64,000 bases of DNA from positions 211,710-275,709 of the forward strand of contig VRVR01000020.1 in NCBI GenBank assembly GCA_009859145.1, in the 5' to 3' direction. The notes beneath the pieces are model-generated. The model searched no databases and had not been told where the DNA came from. It saw nothing but the letters and a program-made list of their open reading frames with translations. This document shows positions 20,268-30,697 of this stretch, one piece after another (within the stretch, counting starts at the first letter, position 1; every line of letters starts with the position of its first letter). The DNA is from Andalucia godoyi And28. Lineage: Eukaryota; Protista; Jakobida. The translations under genes were made by a program, and so were the position numbers.

Positions 20268-22691
20268 ATGAATTCGGGAAAAGACAGCAGTAGAAAGAGA
20301 CCTAGGAGCAATCTGAAGGGGAGAAAGGAGAAGCCGACAGCCGAGCAGCAGAGTCGAAGCCGAAGTCAGAGTCAGCCGACGCGAAAGGAGAGTCGACGCA
20401 GCGAAATTGAACGGCTTCGGGGCCGAATAGAGTCTGAGAGCCCGCAAGAAGGCTCGGTTGTAGCGGCATCATCCTTGAAGAAGTTTACAGAGCTTCCACT
20501 GTCGGAACGGACGATGCAAGGGCTTGAGGAAGCTGGATACAAGACGCTGACGGATGTCCAGCGGATGGCGATTCCACATGCGCTTTGTGGGAGAGATGTT
20601 CTAGGAGCTGCAAAGACTGGGTCGGGAAAGACATTGGCGTTTGTGATTCCGCTGATTGAGAAGCTGTACAGGAATGAATGGACTGTGGAAGACGGTCTTG
20701 GGGTTCTGGTGCTGACACCAACCCGTGAGCTGGCTCTGCAGATCTTTGAAGTGCTGCGGAAGGTCGGTAAACATCACTCGTTCTCAGCAGGTCTGGTGAT
20801 TGGTGGTAAGAAAGTGGGCGAGGAGATGGAGAGAATTACAGGTATGAACATCTTGGTAGGAACACCGGGACGTGTTTTACAGCATTTGGACCAGGCACCG
20901 GATTTTCGTGCAGACAACTTGCTGATGCTTGTCCTCGATGAAGCAGATCGCTGCTTGGATATGGGTTTCGCCAAGACGCTGAACGCCATTGTGGATCATC
21001 TTCCGCCGCCACCGCAACGCCAAACTTTGCTGTTCTCCGCAACCCAAACAAAGTCAGTGAAGGATTTGGCGCGCCTTTCGCTGTCCAAGCCAGAGTTCGT
21101 ATCTGCGCACGCTGAAGACGAGTCCAGCACACCCCAGCATCTTGAGCAAGTGTATCTTGTTGTCAAGGCGGATCGCAAGCTAGATATCCTTTTCCAGTTT
21201 ATCAAGTCACACGTGCAGCACAAGATGGTTGTCTTTTTGGCCACAACAAAGCAAGTTCGATTCTACGCCGATGCTCTCCAAAGGTTGAAAGTGGGCGCGC
21301 CGCTCTACGGCCTCACAGGGAAAATGAAGCAAATGAAGCGCTTGTCAGTGTTTGTGACATTTTCGGAACGCAAAAACGGAGTCTTGCTGTGCACCGATCT
21401 TGCAGCTCGAGGTCTCGATTTCCCATCGGTCGGCTGGGTGATTCAAGTCGACTGTCCAGACAGCGCAGCCACGTACATCCACCGCGTCGGTCGAACTGCT
21501 CGATATGTATCTTCTGGAAAGGCCGTGATGTTTTTGTGTCCTTCAGAGGAAGAAAAATTCGTGGAACACTTGAAAGATGCGAGAATTCCAATCGAAAAGA
21601 AGGAGGTGAACCCCAACCAGCTGCTGCTGACGACGCAGAACAAACTCGTTGCACAGGCTATGGCTGATCCGGAATTCAAGCACTCGGCAGAAAAGGCGGT
21701 CATGTCGTATGTGCGCTCAGTGCATTTGGCGTCGGACAAGTCGGTCTTCATCCTTGAGAAGTATCCGTGGGCTAGCATTGCGCAGTCCTACGGTCTTGGA
21801 TCAATTCCGAAGATCAAAGTCCTCTCCAACAAGAAGAGAGACAGCAAGAATACCCCTTACGAGTTGTTAGAAATGCTTCGGCAGGAAGAGTCGGAAAAGA
21901 AAAAAGGAAAGAAAGGACATCAAGATGACTCGGACTCGGAAGACGAGGATGGTGCGATGTTGACTCTGGATCGGAAAATATTTCAACGGAAGGCTTCTGG
22001 AGTGCTGTCGTCCGAGTTCAGAAGGTTGCATGATGGCAGCGATGAGGACGATGGCGGAGACCTCCTGCAGCTGAAGAGAAAAGACCACGATCTTGGAGAT
22101 GGTGCCGGAGACGCATCCAACAACGTTCGAATCAAGCGCTTGAAAATCAAGAAGAATGGCGTCTCAAAGCAAATGCAAAAGAATCAGAAGATCGTGTTTG
22201 ACGAAGATGGAAATGTGGTCACTCCGTTTGAAACACTTTCGGAGTCGGCGACGGCGTTTGAACTCGAGGAAGAAGATGCCAGTGAAGACGAATTTGATGA
22301 AAATCAACAGTCTCAATTCGCGTCTTCTGTTAAGAAGATGATGGGTGAAAAGGACAAGGAGGACAAGGAACGCGAACGCGAACGAGTCAAAGCAAAACAC
22401 AAGAAGCAGAAGATGATGGACAAGGATCGTGAGGGGGACGATGATGACGAGGAGGCGGACGAGGATTCTGGAGTCAGACTGGCGTCCACTTCTGCAGGCG
22501 ATGACGATGAAAGCGACGGCGAATTCAGCGACGCAACAAACGATTCCGACAGCGATTCCGAAGCGTCTTCGGAGTCAGAGGTTGACGATGAAATAACTGC
22601 TCGCCGAGCACCCGCTGCGAAACGTCGGCGAACAGATGATACAGACATGGAGAGCCGCGAGAAGATGGCACTGAAGGCTCTAGGCCTGTGA
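20268..22691 (+). CDS. DDX10: DEAD-box RNA helicase DDX10/Dbp4 (807 aa)
   Basis: AKTGSGKT, PTRELA, DEAD, SAT, TDLAARGLD, HRVGRTAR. KVGKHHSFSAGLVIGGK is typical of Dbp4. Acidic tail. Confidence 0.92.
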   Translation: MNSGKDSSRKRPRSNLKGRKEKPTAEQQSRSRSQSQPTRKESRRSEIERLRGRIESESPQEGSVVAASSLKKFTELPLSERTMQGLEEAGYKTLTDVQRMAIPHALCGRDVLGAAKTGSGKTLAFVIPLIEKLYRNEWTVEDGLGVLVLTPTRELALQIFEVLRKVGKHHSFSAGLVIGGKKVGEEMERITGMNILVGTPGRVLQHLDQAPDFRADNLLMLVLDEADRCLDMGFAKTLNAIVDHLPPPPQRQTLLFSATQTKSVKDLARLSLSKPEFVSAHAEDESSTPQHLEQVYLVVKADRKLDILFQFIKSHVQHKMVVFLATTKQVRFYADALQRLKVGAPLYGLTGKMKQMKRLSVFVTFSERKNGVLLCTDLAARGLDFPSVGWVIQVDCPDSAATYIHRVGRTARYVSSGKAVMFLCPSEEEKFVEHLKDARIPIEKKEVNPNQLLLTTQNKLVAQAMADPEFKHSAEKAVMSYVRSVHLASDKSVFILEKYPWASIAQSYGLGSIPKIKVLSNKKRDSKNTPYELLEMLRQEESEKKKGKKGHQDDSDSEDEDGAMLTLDRKIFQRKASGVLSSEFRRLHDGSDEDDGGDLLQLKRKDHDLGDGAGDASNNVRIKRLKIKKNGVSKQMQKNQKIVFDEDGNVVTPFETLSESATAFELEEEDASEDEFDENQQSQFASSVKKMMGEKDKEDKERERERVKAKHKKQKMMDKDREGDDDDEEADEDSGVRLASTSAGDDDESDGEFSDATNDSDSDSEASSESEVDDEITARRAPAAKRRRTDDTDMESREKMALKALGL

Positions 22692-22897
22692 TGAATGTTG
22701 TTGGTTTTTCTTCTTCTCTCTGCGCAGCGTCAGGTTCATGTTATCGCTGTTGTGTTCATGAAAGACAATCGAGAATAAACAAGAATCAGGATGCTTCACG
22801 AAATGTGCTTGCCTTCTATTCAATTTCATTGTAAAGTTATAACATAAATAAACAGATACATAATTAAGAAACACAACGAAGGCGCTTCCCCGCCAGT

Positions 22898-24499
22898 CTA
22901 GTCTGCTGCAACATGTTGTGAAGCTGCCGATCGCAGCGGAATAAACTTGAGGAACAGGGCAACAATCGCACCCAAGGCGCAAGCGCCTCCCATAAACCAG
23001 AAGCCCTCGGCAATAGCAAGAGCAAACACCCGACGGAGGATGTCTTGTTCAGTGCTTGAATAATCGTCGAGGTCGTCCAATGCCTTGAGACCTTCGGACA
23101 CATGTTCTTGCGAGATTTTCGCCTGCATGACAGCCTGGAAAATGGAAACTCCCACAGCTCCGGCGAGACTACGAAAGAAAGAGATAGCAGACGTGGCCGC
23201 TGCCATTTGATCCAGTTCCACAGCATTCTGCACGGCAATCATAAGGATCTGGAAGCTCAAACCGATGCCCAAGCCAATCAACATTGCAGGAGGCCCGACT
23301 TCTCCATACGCAGTATCGACCCGGATTCTAGTCAAAACAAAGGAACCAATGGCGCAGAAAGCATTGCCAAGGAACGGGAGGTACTTGTATCTTCCCGTCT
23401 TTGAGACGAATGCTCCAGACCCAATGGAGCTGATCACAAACGACGCAAGCAAAGGCAGTAAAAGCAGACCGGACGACGTTGCGCTCCTCTTCTGGATCAC
23501 ATGAAAGTAGACAGGAATGAAGGTGATTCCACAAAATAATGCCATGCCAACGATTCCAGAAACAAAAACCGACACGGAAACATTGCGGTTCCTAAACAGT
23601 CCTAGCGGCAAAATCGGCTCTGAAACAATGCACTCCACCACAATAAATATCACAAAGCTCGCTGCAGACCCCGCCAACATCCCGATAATGATGGGGGAGT
23701 CCCATGCGTACTCGTCGCCACCCCAAGTCAGCGACAGCAGCAGCAAGACCACAAACGACGCAACGGACAATGAGCCGACGAAATCCACCGAATGGGCCAC
23801 CCGCGGAATTGGAATCTTCACGTAAATCACAACAATTACGATCCCGACAATACAAATAGGCACATTCAGGAAGAATGCCCATCGCCAAGACAAGTAGTCT
23901 GTGCACAGTCCACCAACCAGCGGGCCTGTCACGGAGGCCAGACCATAGATTGCACCAAACAAACCTGCATATTTTCCACGTTCTCTCGGAGGAACCAAAT
24001 CGCCAAGCAGAATGGGAGTCAGCGCCATGAGTCCACCAGCACCAACACCCTGGACCGCGCGGAACGCAATCAGCTGCATCATGGATTTCGCAAGCCCACA
24101 CGCAAGCGATCCTCCAAAGAACAACACATATCCGACCAGCAGAGTCCATTGCCTTCCAAAGATATCTGCGTATTTTCCGTACAATGGAACAGTGGCTGTC
24201 GAGCTCATCAGGTACACGGAAACAATCCATGAGATGTACTGTGCACCATTCAGATCCTGCACAATCGACGGAGTGGCCGCAGCCAAGATTGTTGAATCCA
24301 AAGCAGCAAGCAAAGCAGCAACCAACAGCGACGCGAAGATCATTTTGAACCGAAACGGCGGCAAAGAGTCCTTCAGTGACACTTCATGCAGCAGTGTCTG
24401 ATTCTCCTCAGTACCGTTAACCGACAACCCCGAGTCCCGAACCCGAGGAACAAGCGCATCCGTCTCACTCATCGCATCCACGCTATCATGCTTCCCCAT
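22898..24499 (-). CDS. MFS drug:H+ antiporter, DHA2/EmrB-QacA type, 14 TM (533 aa)
   Basis: LAALDSTI.A.A.P.I, YGKYADIFGR, FRAVQGVGAGG, VPPRERGKY, WRWAFFLNVPI. Confidence 0.9.
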   Translation of the reverse strand: MGKHDSVDAMSETDALVPRVRDSGLSVNGTEENQTLLHEVSLKDSLPPFRFKMIFASLLVAALLAALDSTILAAATPSIVQDLNGAQYISWIVSVYLMSSTATVPLYGKYADIFGRQWTLLVGYVLFFGGSLACGLAKSMMQLIAFRAVQGVGAGGLMALTPILLGDLVPPRERGKYAGLFGAIYGLASVTGPLVGGLCTDYLSWRWAFFLNVPICIVGIVIVVIYVKIPIPRVAHSVDFVGSLSVASFVVLLLLSLTWGGDEYAWDSPIIIGMLAGSAASFVIFIVVECIVSEPILPLGLFRNRNVSVSVFVSGIVGMALFCGITFIPVYFHVIQKRSATSSGLLLLPLLASFVISSIGSGAFVSKTGRYKYLPFLGNAFCAIGSFVLTRIRVDTAYGEVGPPAMLIGLGIGLSFQILMIAVQNAVELDQMAAATSAISFFRSLAGAVGVSIFQAVMQAKISQEHVSEGLKALDDLDDYSSTEQDILRRVFALAIAEGFWFMGGACALGAIVALFLKFIPLRSAASQHVAAD

Positions 24500-25091
24500 G
24501 CCGCCTCGCTTCTCCGCCTCTTCTTCAAAACCCGAAACACACGCCTCACTCAATAATCTTAATCAGTACTTTGGGTAACAACCACAACCACACGCTGCTG
24601 CTGCAATTACGCAGTAACAAAACCTTTTAATTTAAAAAACAGTAATTAAATTGATATCACTTTTTAAATTTTTTTTTTTTTTGCTATATATGTATATATT
24701 AAAACAACTACAATAAGATAAAATGAAAAGAAAAGTCTTGTGCATCCGACATTTGGACTTCTTTCAAATATTAAATAGGAGGCTCCAAAATGCGGAAAGA
24801 CAGGCGGCATTTTTTCATTTTCGCCTGTTTTTTTACAACAGGCTAACCATGCTTGCAAGTTTGCTGTTGGGCTCTGGGTTCTGGGATGGCAGAGATGGGA
24901 GGGACACGGGCGCTGAGGAAGGTCCATTTTTTTACCAGGTACGCACGGATCATTTTCTTCTTGGCCGATTATTTTAACGACTCTGAACAAACTTACAGCA
25001 TGGTACTGGTACTCGTTGTTGTGTTTATCCCAGCGAAGAAGCGTGCAGGCAAAAACAGCTCTAGAAGGAAGACTGTTTTTCAGCATGGGCT

Positions 25092-25991
25092 TTACTTTTT
25101 GATGGCAGCCGCATATGAAAAGACGCCACGACCAGTCTTTCTTCCGAGCCAGCCTGCATCGACGTACTTGATCAGCAATGGGGCGGGTGCGTACTTGTCA
25201 GACCCGAGGTTCTCATGGAGAACGCGCATAATGTTCAGGCAGGTGTCAAGTCCGATGAAGTCTGCCAACGTAAGCGGACCCATCGGCACGTTGGTTCCGA
25301 GCTTCATGGTGGTGTCGATATCTTCTGGCGTTCCGATGTTCTCCTGGAGCGTCAAGAATGCCTCGTTGATGTACGGCATTAAAATGCGGTTTGAGATGAA
25401 TCCCGGGACATCCAGTGCATTTGTGGTTGTTTTTCCCATTGCACGGGCAAGCTGGACGGTCTTATCCACGGTCGTCTGTGCCGTCGCAAGTCCCTTGACA
25501 ATCTCCACAAGCTCGAGAACAGGGACTGGATAGAAAAAGTGCATTCCAATGACCTTTTCCGGACGACTGGTGACTGCTGCAATCTTTGTAATAGAGATGG
25601 ACGATGTGTTTGTTGCAAGAATGGTATCTGGACCCGCAACCTTGTCGAGTGCACGGAACACATTTTGCTTGAGCTCTGTGTTCTCCGATACAGCTTCAAT
25701 GCAAAAGTCTGCGCTTGACAAGTCCTCAATCTTTGATGAAAACCGAACCCGGGACTTGACCTCCTTGGCTTGTACCTCCGTCAAAAGTCCTTTCTGGACT
25801 TGCTTGGAAAGCAACGAGTCCATAAAAGAAGACGACTTGTCAAGCTGTGTCGCATTTCCATCCACCACAAGAACCTTGGACTGTGCTCGCAATGCTCCTA
25901 CAAATGCAATCCCAGTGCCCATCTGGCCTCCTCCAACCACTCCAATCAGCTTCGAAGCAGTCTCCGTACTAAACAAACGACGACCCAACAT
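25092..25991 (-). CDS. hbd: 3-hydroxybutyryl-CoA / 3-hydroxyacyl-CoA dehydrogenase, probably mitochondrial (299 aa)
   Basis: IGVVGGGQMGTGIA Rossmann fold, IEAVSE, ATNTSSISIT, GMHFFYP, PGFISNRIL, PMGPLTLADFIGLD. Short MLGRRLFST presequence. Confidence 0.9.
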   Translation of the reverse strand: MLGRRLFSTETASKLIGVVGGGQMGTGIAFVGALRAQSKVLVVDGNATQLDKSSSFMDSLLSKQVQKGLLTEVQAKEVKSRVRFSSKIEDLSSADFCIEAVSENTELKQNVFRALDKVAGPDTILATNTSSISITKIAAVTSRPEKVIGMHFFYPVPVLELVEIVKGLATAQTTVDKTVQLARAMGKTTTNALDVPGFISNRILMPYINEAFLTLQENIGTPEDIDTTMKLGTNVPMGPLTLADFIGLDTCLNIMRVLHENLGSDKYAPAPLLIKYVDAGWLGRKTGRGVFSYAAAIKK

Positions 25992-26438
25992 TCTATCCCC
26001 AAACAATTCGTTTTTAAGAAAAGCGAAACAAAACCGTGAATTTTAAATTTTAAAAACGAAACAAAATGATACTGAAACAAAATATCTTACATCACACCTC
26101 TTTTTCAGAACTGAACTGCAAAAAACGAAACGACCTGCAAAAGAGGAATAGTCCATATGAAAAGGATGGGTCCGAGAGTCCAGAGCCCCAAAGTTTCACT
26201 CCCGAGGTGTTCGGTGGTTGTACGAGTAGACTACTGTCGACTTACAATCTTTCCTACATAGAAGAGAAACCCCCAAAGGACAAGGAAACAGAAGAGGAGA
26301 AAGAAGGAGTGGTGTTCTGCGGCTGGTGGACTGACCGTGTGTTGTCGAAACGAGGAACTGGATTGACGGATTTATGCACGCTGACGAACGGTTTTTGAGA
26401 AGAAGAAACAGAGCGACGGAAGAAAAGAGGCTGAAGGA

Positions 26439-27035
26439 ATGTTGTTGATTTTGGAGGAGGAGCAAAAGAATGATTTGAAACTATTGGATGGAATGGATCC
26501 GGCTGTTTTGGGCGATTTCGTTCCGTTGGCTGTGAGCTTTTTTCGCACTGGAGAGAAGGAAAAAGTGGTGACAAAGGCAGCGAGCATGCTCAGTGTTGCG
26601 CAGCCGGTGGTTCAAAGGTGCTTGTACGGACTCTCCATGCTTTATTTGCAATGTGCAAAGCAGGGAATGACTGCGAAGGAATGCCTGGACTCACTCACAG
26701 CTGCAGGTTGCGCACAAGCTGTGGCGACGAGAGTCTCGGATGAATACGCAGGTGCATTCGAGTATCTCCGAAGCTCTGCTTTGAAATTGGAAGATGTCTC
26801 GGATGTTGGAAAGTACCAGAATCTGGAGTGGAGACTGGACGTCGAAATCAGCAAACGAGCACTGTTTCACACCATGGAGCCGCGGTTTGTCCTGGGGCTG
26901 CAAACGTCATCGCAAGGGAAGCAGTTCATGGAATGTTCGTATGGGACTCTAGCACACATCGTCGATGAGTTGGAAACTGCGCTTGCAGAAAGCACAAACC
27001 CACGATCACGAAGAATCCAAAGGTACATCAAATGA
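26439..27035 (+). CDS. COMMD2: COMM-domain protein 2 (198 aa)
   Basis: MLLILEEEQK..L N-terminus, YQNLEWRLDVEIS.R.L COMM signature, and RRIQRYIK C-terminus as in COMMD2. Confidence 0.85.
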   Translation: MLLILEEEQKNDLKLLDGMDPAVLGDFVPLAVSFFRTGEKEKVVTKAASMLSVAQPVVQRCLYGLSMLYLQCAKQGMTAKECLDSLTAAGCAQAVATRVSDEYAGAFEYLRSSALKLEDVSDVGKYQNLEWRLDVEISKRALFHTMEPRFVLGLQTSSQGKQFMECSYGTLAHIVDELETALAESTNPRSRRIQRYIK

Positions 27036-27317
27036 ATAAGCAAATAATAAAATGATAACCGGATCCAATCGCCATTTCCTTTTTCCTCGCGCTGCAGCAC
27101 ATCAATATGATCGCGTAGCATTAATTTACAGTTTCATTCAAAAGGGAGGCGAGCTGTGCAATGTGATGAACAAGCGCTGCGAGTTAAAATAGCAGTGAAA
27201 CGAGGGGGGGGGGGGAGGTTGTGTCAAGAAATCTAAGGGAAACTTGTGACAGGTGTAGGAGAAAGGGCGACGGAGAGTGGTCACGACGACTGAGACGACG
27301 ACAGTGCATTTGCAAGA

Positions 27318-29834
27318 TCATGGTTTCGCTGCGGAGGTGACCAGCAATGGTGTAATTCTCTTCTTGGCTTTCTTTGGATCGCTTCCGGCAACGATAGGCT
27401 CGGGAAGAAGTGATTCATTCGCCAAAGGATTCGCTGACAGCAAGGATGACTGGTCCGTCGCCACTGGGTGCAACGCATGAGACCCGGCCTCTGGGCTGTC
27501 TCTCTTCCGGTGAAAGAGCGAGTCAATCGTGGGAGAAACATACTGTCTCGGTTTCGATGTTTGTGGAGCGTCGGTGCTGTGGACAACAACAGCCAGTCGA
27601 GGAATCGGCGTGGTGGTCTCCTCGAACTGAGGATCCGACGGCGTGACAAATTCTAAACGCTTGGATTTGGAGTCTTCTGCAAGACCATTCAATTCCGCGA
27701 GCGTAGGCTTGGCAATTTCGTCGACCATCTTCTCTTGCTTCGGGCCGTCTTCCCTCTTCTCCTTCTTTTTCGAGGATGTCGCTTTTCTGCGAAGCCCAGC
27801 AACGAGGCGGAACCGTTCCAGATGCTGCTTCTTGTCCTCCTCGGGAATCGGATCACCAAGAGACCCCGGACGGAAACTAACAAATGTGATGTACCCATCT
27901 CGACTGGAAACGGCCAGAATTGACCCGCTGGGAGACCAAGTTAAGTCCGTTAAGGTGGAGTAGTGGATGTCCGAGATCTGCGCAATCGGGTGATCTACGG
28001 AGGTGTCGAAAATCAAAACGCTATCCATGGTCGCAACTGCGAACACCATTCGGTAGGGCAGATCCACGATAGTCTGCACATTTGCCGGCACTTTGTACCA
28101 TACGGGACTGAATCGAATCGCCAGTGCGGCTTTTCGGAAACCATCAAGGCGAATGACAGGCGCTGTCCAGTCTCGGCGGGCAAACACAAAACAAGCGTTC
28201 ACCATTTTTCTGGATGTCTGTGGAGGCTTTGCCGTTTCTCCATCTGCACTGAGCTTGCCATCCTCTGCAGGGACGGATGAAGAAGAAGAAGTGGTGGAAG
28301 AGGAGACAGGGATTTCAACGGGTGCTTGCGCAGCGGGGATAACCAGCAACGACCCATCCGGACTGAAACAAGGACGGCGCATGAGGACCCCGGCACTTTC
28401 ATCGCGGAAAAGCCACTGCCCTTCAGCATCCTTTCTGATGGCATGCCGGACTTGCCATTTCCCCCGTGGGATCCTTCCAAACCAACCCGGATCCTCCTCT
28501 TCTTCTTCTTCAGCCTCCTTTGTGTCCGACGCCGAGGAAACAGCAGGCGCAGAAGTGCTGTTGGTGGTGGTGCCAGTCAGATTGGCCGCAAAAAGAGGAG
28601 GCGCGAATGAAGAGGGGGCCGAAGACGGCAAGGTCGCGCTTGGATCGGTGGTGGCAGCTTCGGAAGCGACGGGTCCGATGGTCGACGGAAGAACAGGAGG
28701 CTGCACAGACGAGGTCACCAGTTGGTCTTGGGGACTCCGTCCGTGGAGAGCGGTGCACGCAGCTGTTTCTGCGTTGAGGCTGCTCAATTCTGCAGCACCA
28801 TTTGCGGAAATAGGGACACGCTGGTCCGAGTCTGTCAAGGAACCGAGTGCAGATAGACCAGGAGCAGGGAACCCGGGCGGACCCGCAGAAACACACGGAT
28901 TTGCGTGTGGTGGAGCACTGGAAGTCGCCGTGCTGTGTGCACCGTTTGTGCTTGCGTTTGCGTTTGCAGCTGCCGCTTTGCTGCTCTTCTTGTGCTGGTC
29001 ATTCTTGACATATGGGATGCCATAGATTCGCAGCGTCCTGTCGGGCCCGCAGCTGGCAACGAACTGCCCAAGCGGATCCCATGCGACGCCTTGTACATAG
29101 TGCGCGGCATCGTCCAGCCTGGCCACCAGTTGCCTCTTTTCCACATTCCACACGACGGCACGATTGTCAACGGATCCTGAAACAAGATACCGGGAGTCTG
29201 GTGACCAGCAAAGGTCAGTTACGTCATTAATATGATCTCGATAAATACCCACCAATGTCCAGGTGGGAAGGCTCAGCAGATCGTCTTCCAAAGGCGGTGT
29301 TGCACGATGGATAATCACACAATTGTCATCCGCCGATGATGCAACGTAGAGCCCATTCGGCGAGAACCTTACTGCATTGACAGATCCATCATGCCGAGAC
29401 AACTCGGTGTGAAACGTAGCATTCGGAAAAGAGGTATGAATCGAGTTCGACCCGCAATTCCTGGGTGGAGTTGTGTACAAATCCAGGACCGCAGCATCGA
29501 TTCGACAGGGAAATCCCAAGAGCCCGGTGGCGTCAGGCAATTGTGCATTGCTAATCGAGCTCACGGGTTCTTGCGTAGCCGAGGATCCATCCAACGTAGA
29601 CGAAACAGACGCCGCCTCGGATGCACCGCCAGCAGCAGCGTCATTTGGCTTCGCAGCTTCTGACCTAACCGATGAGAACGAAATGGACCAGATTCGCACT
29701 GTATTGTCGGAGCCTCCTGTAGCCAAGATTGGTAGAAAAGGATGGAAGTCTATCCCAAAAATCGGCTCGGCATGGTCTCGATGATGCCACGCAATCTGCA
29801 AGGTCCTCACCAAAAGATCACTCGACAATGACAT
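27318..29834 (-). CDS. CHAF1B: Chromatin assembly factor 1 subunit B (p60/Cac2), WD40 (838 aa)
   Basis: TLQIAWH..EPIFGIDF, LATGGSDNTVRIW, ELSRHDGSVNAVRFSPNG, YVQGVAWDPL, DLPYRMVFAVAT, IHYSTLTDLTWS, and a C-terminal KKRITP B-domain-like motif. Confidence 0.88.
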   Translation of the reverse strand: MSLSSDLLVRTLQIAWHHRDHAEPIFGIDFHPFLPILATGGSDNTVRIWSISFSSVRSEAAKPNDAAAGGASEAASVSSTLDGSSATQEPVSSISNAQLPDATGLLGFPCRIDAAVLDLYTTPPRNCGSNSIHTSFPNATFHTELSRHDGSVNAVRFSPNGLYVASSADDNCVIIHRATPPLEDDLLSLPTWTLVGIYRDHINDVTDLCWSPDSRYLVSGSVDNRAVVWNVEKRQLVARLDDAAHYVQGVAWDPLGQFVASCGPDRTLRIYGIPYVKNDQHKKSSKAAAANANASTNGAHSTATSSAPPHANPCVSAGPPGFPAPGLSALGSLTDSDQRVPISANGAAELSSLNAETAACTALHGRSPQDQLVTSSVQPPVLPSTIGPVASEAATTDPSATLPSSAPSSFAPPLFAANLTGTTTNSTSAPAVSSASDTKEAEEEEEEDPGWFGRIPRGKWQVRHAIRKDAEGQWLFRDESAGVLMRRPCFSPDGSLLVIPAAQAPVEIPVSSSTTSSSSSVPAEDGKLSADGETAKPPQTSRKMVNACFVFARRDWTAPVIRLDGFRKAALAIRFSPVWYKVPANVQTIVDLPYRMVFAVATMDSVLIFDTSVDHPIAQISDIHYSTLTDLTWSPSGSILAVSSRDGYITFVSFRPGSLGDPIPEEDKKQHLERFRLVAGLRRKATSSKKKEKREDGPKQEKMVDEIAKPTLAELNGLAEDSKSKRLEFVTPSDPQFEETTTPIPRLAVVVHSTDAPQTSKPRQYVSPTIDSLFHRKRDSPEAGSHALHPVATDQSSLLSANPLANESLLPEPIVAGSDPKKAKKRITPLLVTSAAKP

Positions 29835-30120
29835 CTCTTCCTTCTTCAGCCTCCTTACGAAAAAGAAAACCAAACAAAACAACCCGCTTCTTTGTTTCCT
29901 GTTTTCTGTTTCCTATTCCTTTGTTTCCTATTCCTTTGTTTCCTGCTTACTGACACGGTACCTTTTGAAAGATTTCCAAATTACTTTCAATCGTTTAAAA
30001 ATAAAACAAAATCATGTAGAATGAGTTTGGAATTTATGAGTTGCAGAACGCCGACAGGAAAGACACGAGCCCGGAAGAGCGTTCCGTCGAGTAGTGTTGC
30101 ATTTTCCTTGGGCGTGTGTG

Positions 30121-30144
30121 TTTTGGCGCGCTGCCTCGCGGGAA
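30121..30144. promoter_or_regulatory. Two E2F-like sites upstream of CHAF1B
   Basis: TTTTGGCGCG (30121-30) and CGCGGGAA (30137-44), about 290-310 bp upstream of the ATG at 29834. Confidence 0.4.
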
Positions 30145-30697
30145 GGATTACAGTCGCTGGATCTGGAAAAACCTCGAACGACGGACGGATGTTCCATTTG
30201 AAACCTTGATGCTTGAGTCCATTTTCGGGGGGGGGGAAGAGGCAGGGGGTTTCATGCGCTGTCGGGATTGAAAGTGGACCGAAAATGTGGCGCTATGCTT
30301 TCCAAATCGGGCTATCCCAGCAAGCGCTTCGGGCCGATTCTCCCTGTCACGCCTCATGAGTCGTTTCGCTCCAACATTTTTTGTAGAGAGACCACGAGTC
30401 ATGTTCCCGCAAAACAGCAACAGCAAGCCGGACCTTTCTACTATTCATGACGCGCAAAAAAGCTTTTCCAAATCTCATTGATCACAAAATCCAGACGCGG
30501 CTCTTCTTCGTTTTGTTTTCCTTTTGTTTTCCCTCGAATTCTTTTTGTTCTACTGTTTTTTTGTTTTTCTGTGTTGTTTCCGACGTTTTCCGAGTTCTAT
30601 TTTTTCAGGCTCTTCGAGTGTTTTTTCGGTTTGCTGTGTGATCGAGAAGGAAGAAGAAGAAAAGGCTTGGAAAAGCTGAGAAAAGTTGAAACAGAAA

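Noticed and set aside
26066-26398. 110-aa ORF between hbd and COMMD2
   Set aside because: No recognisable motif, and it occupies the divergent promoter/5' UTR space. Not supportable without expression data.
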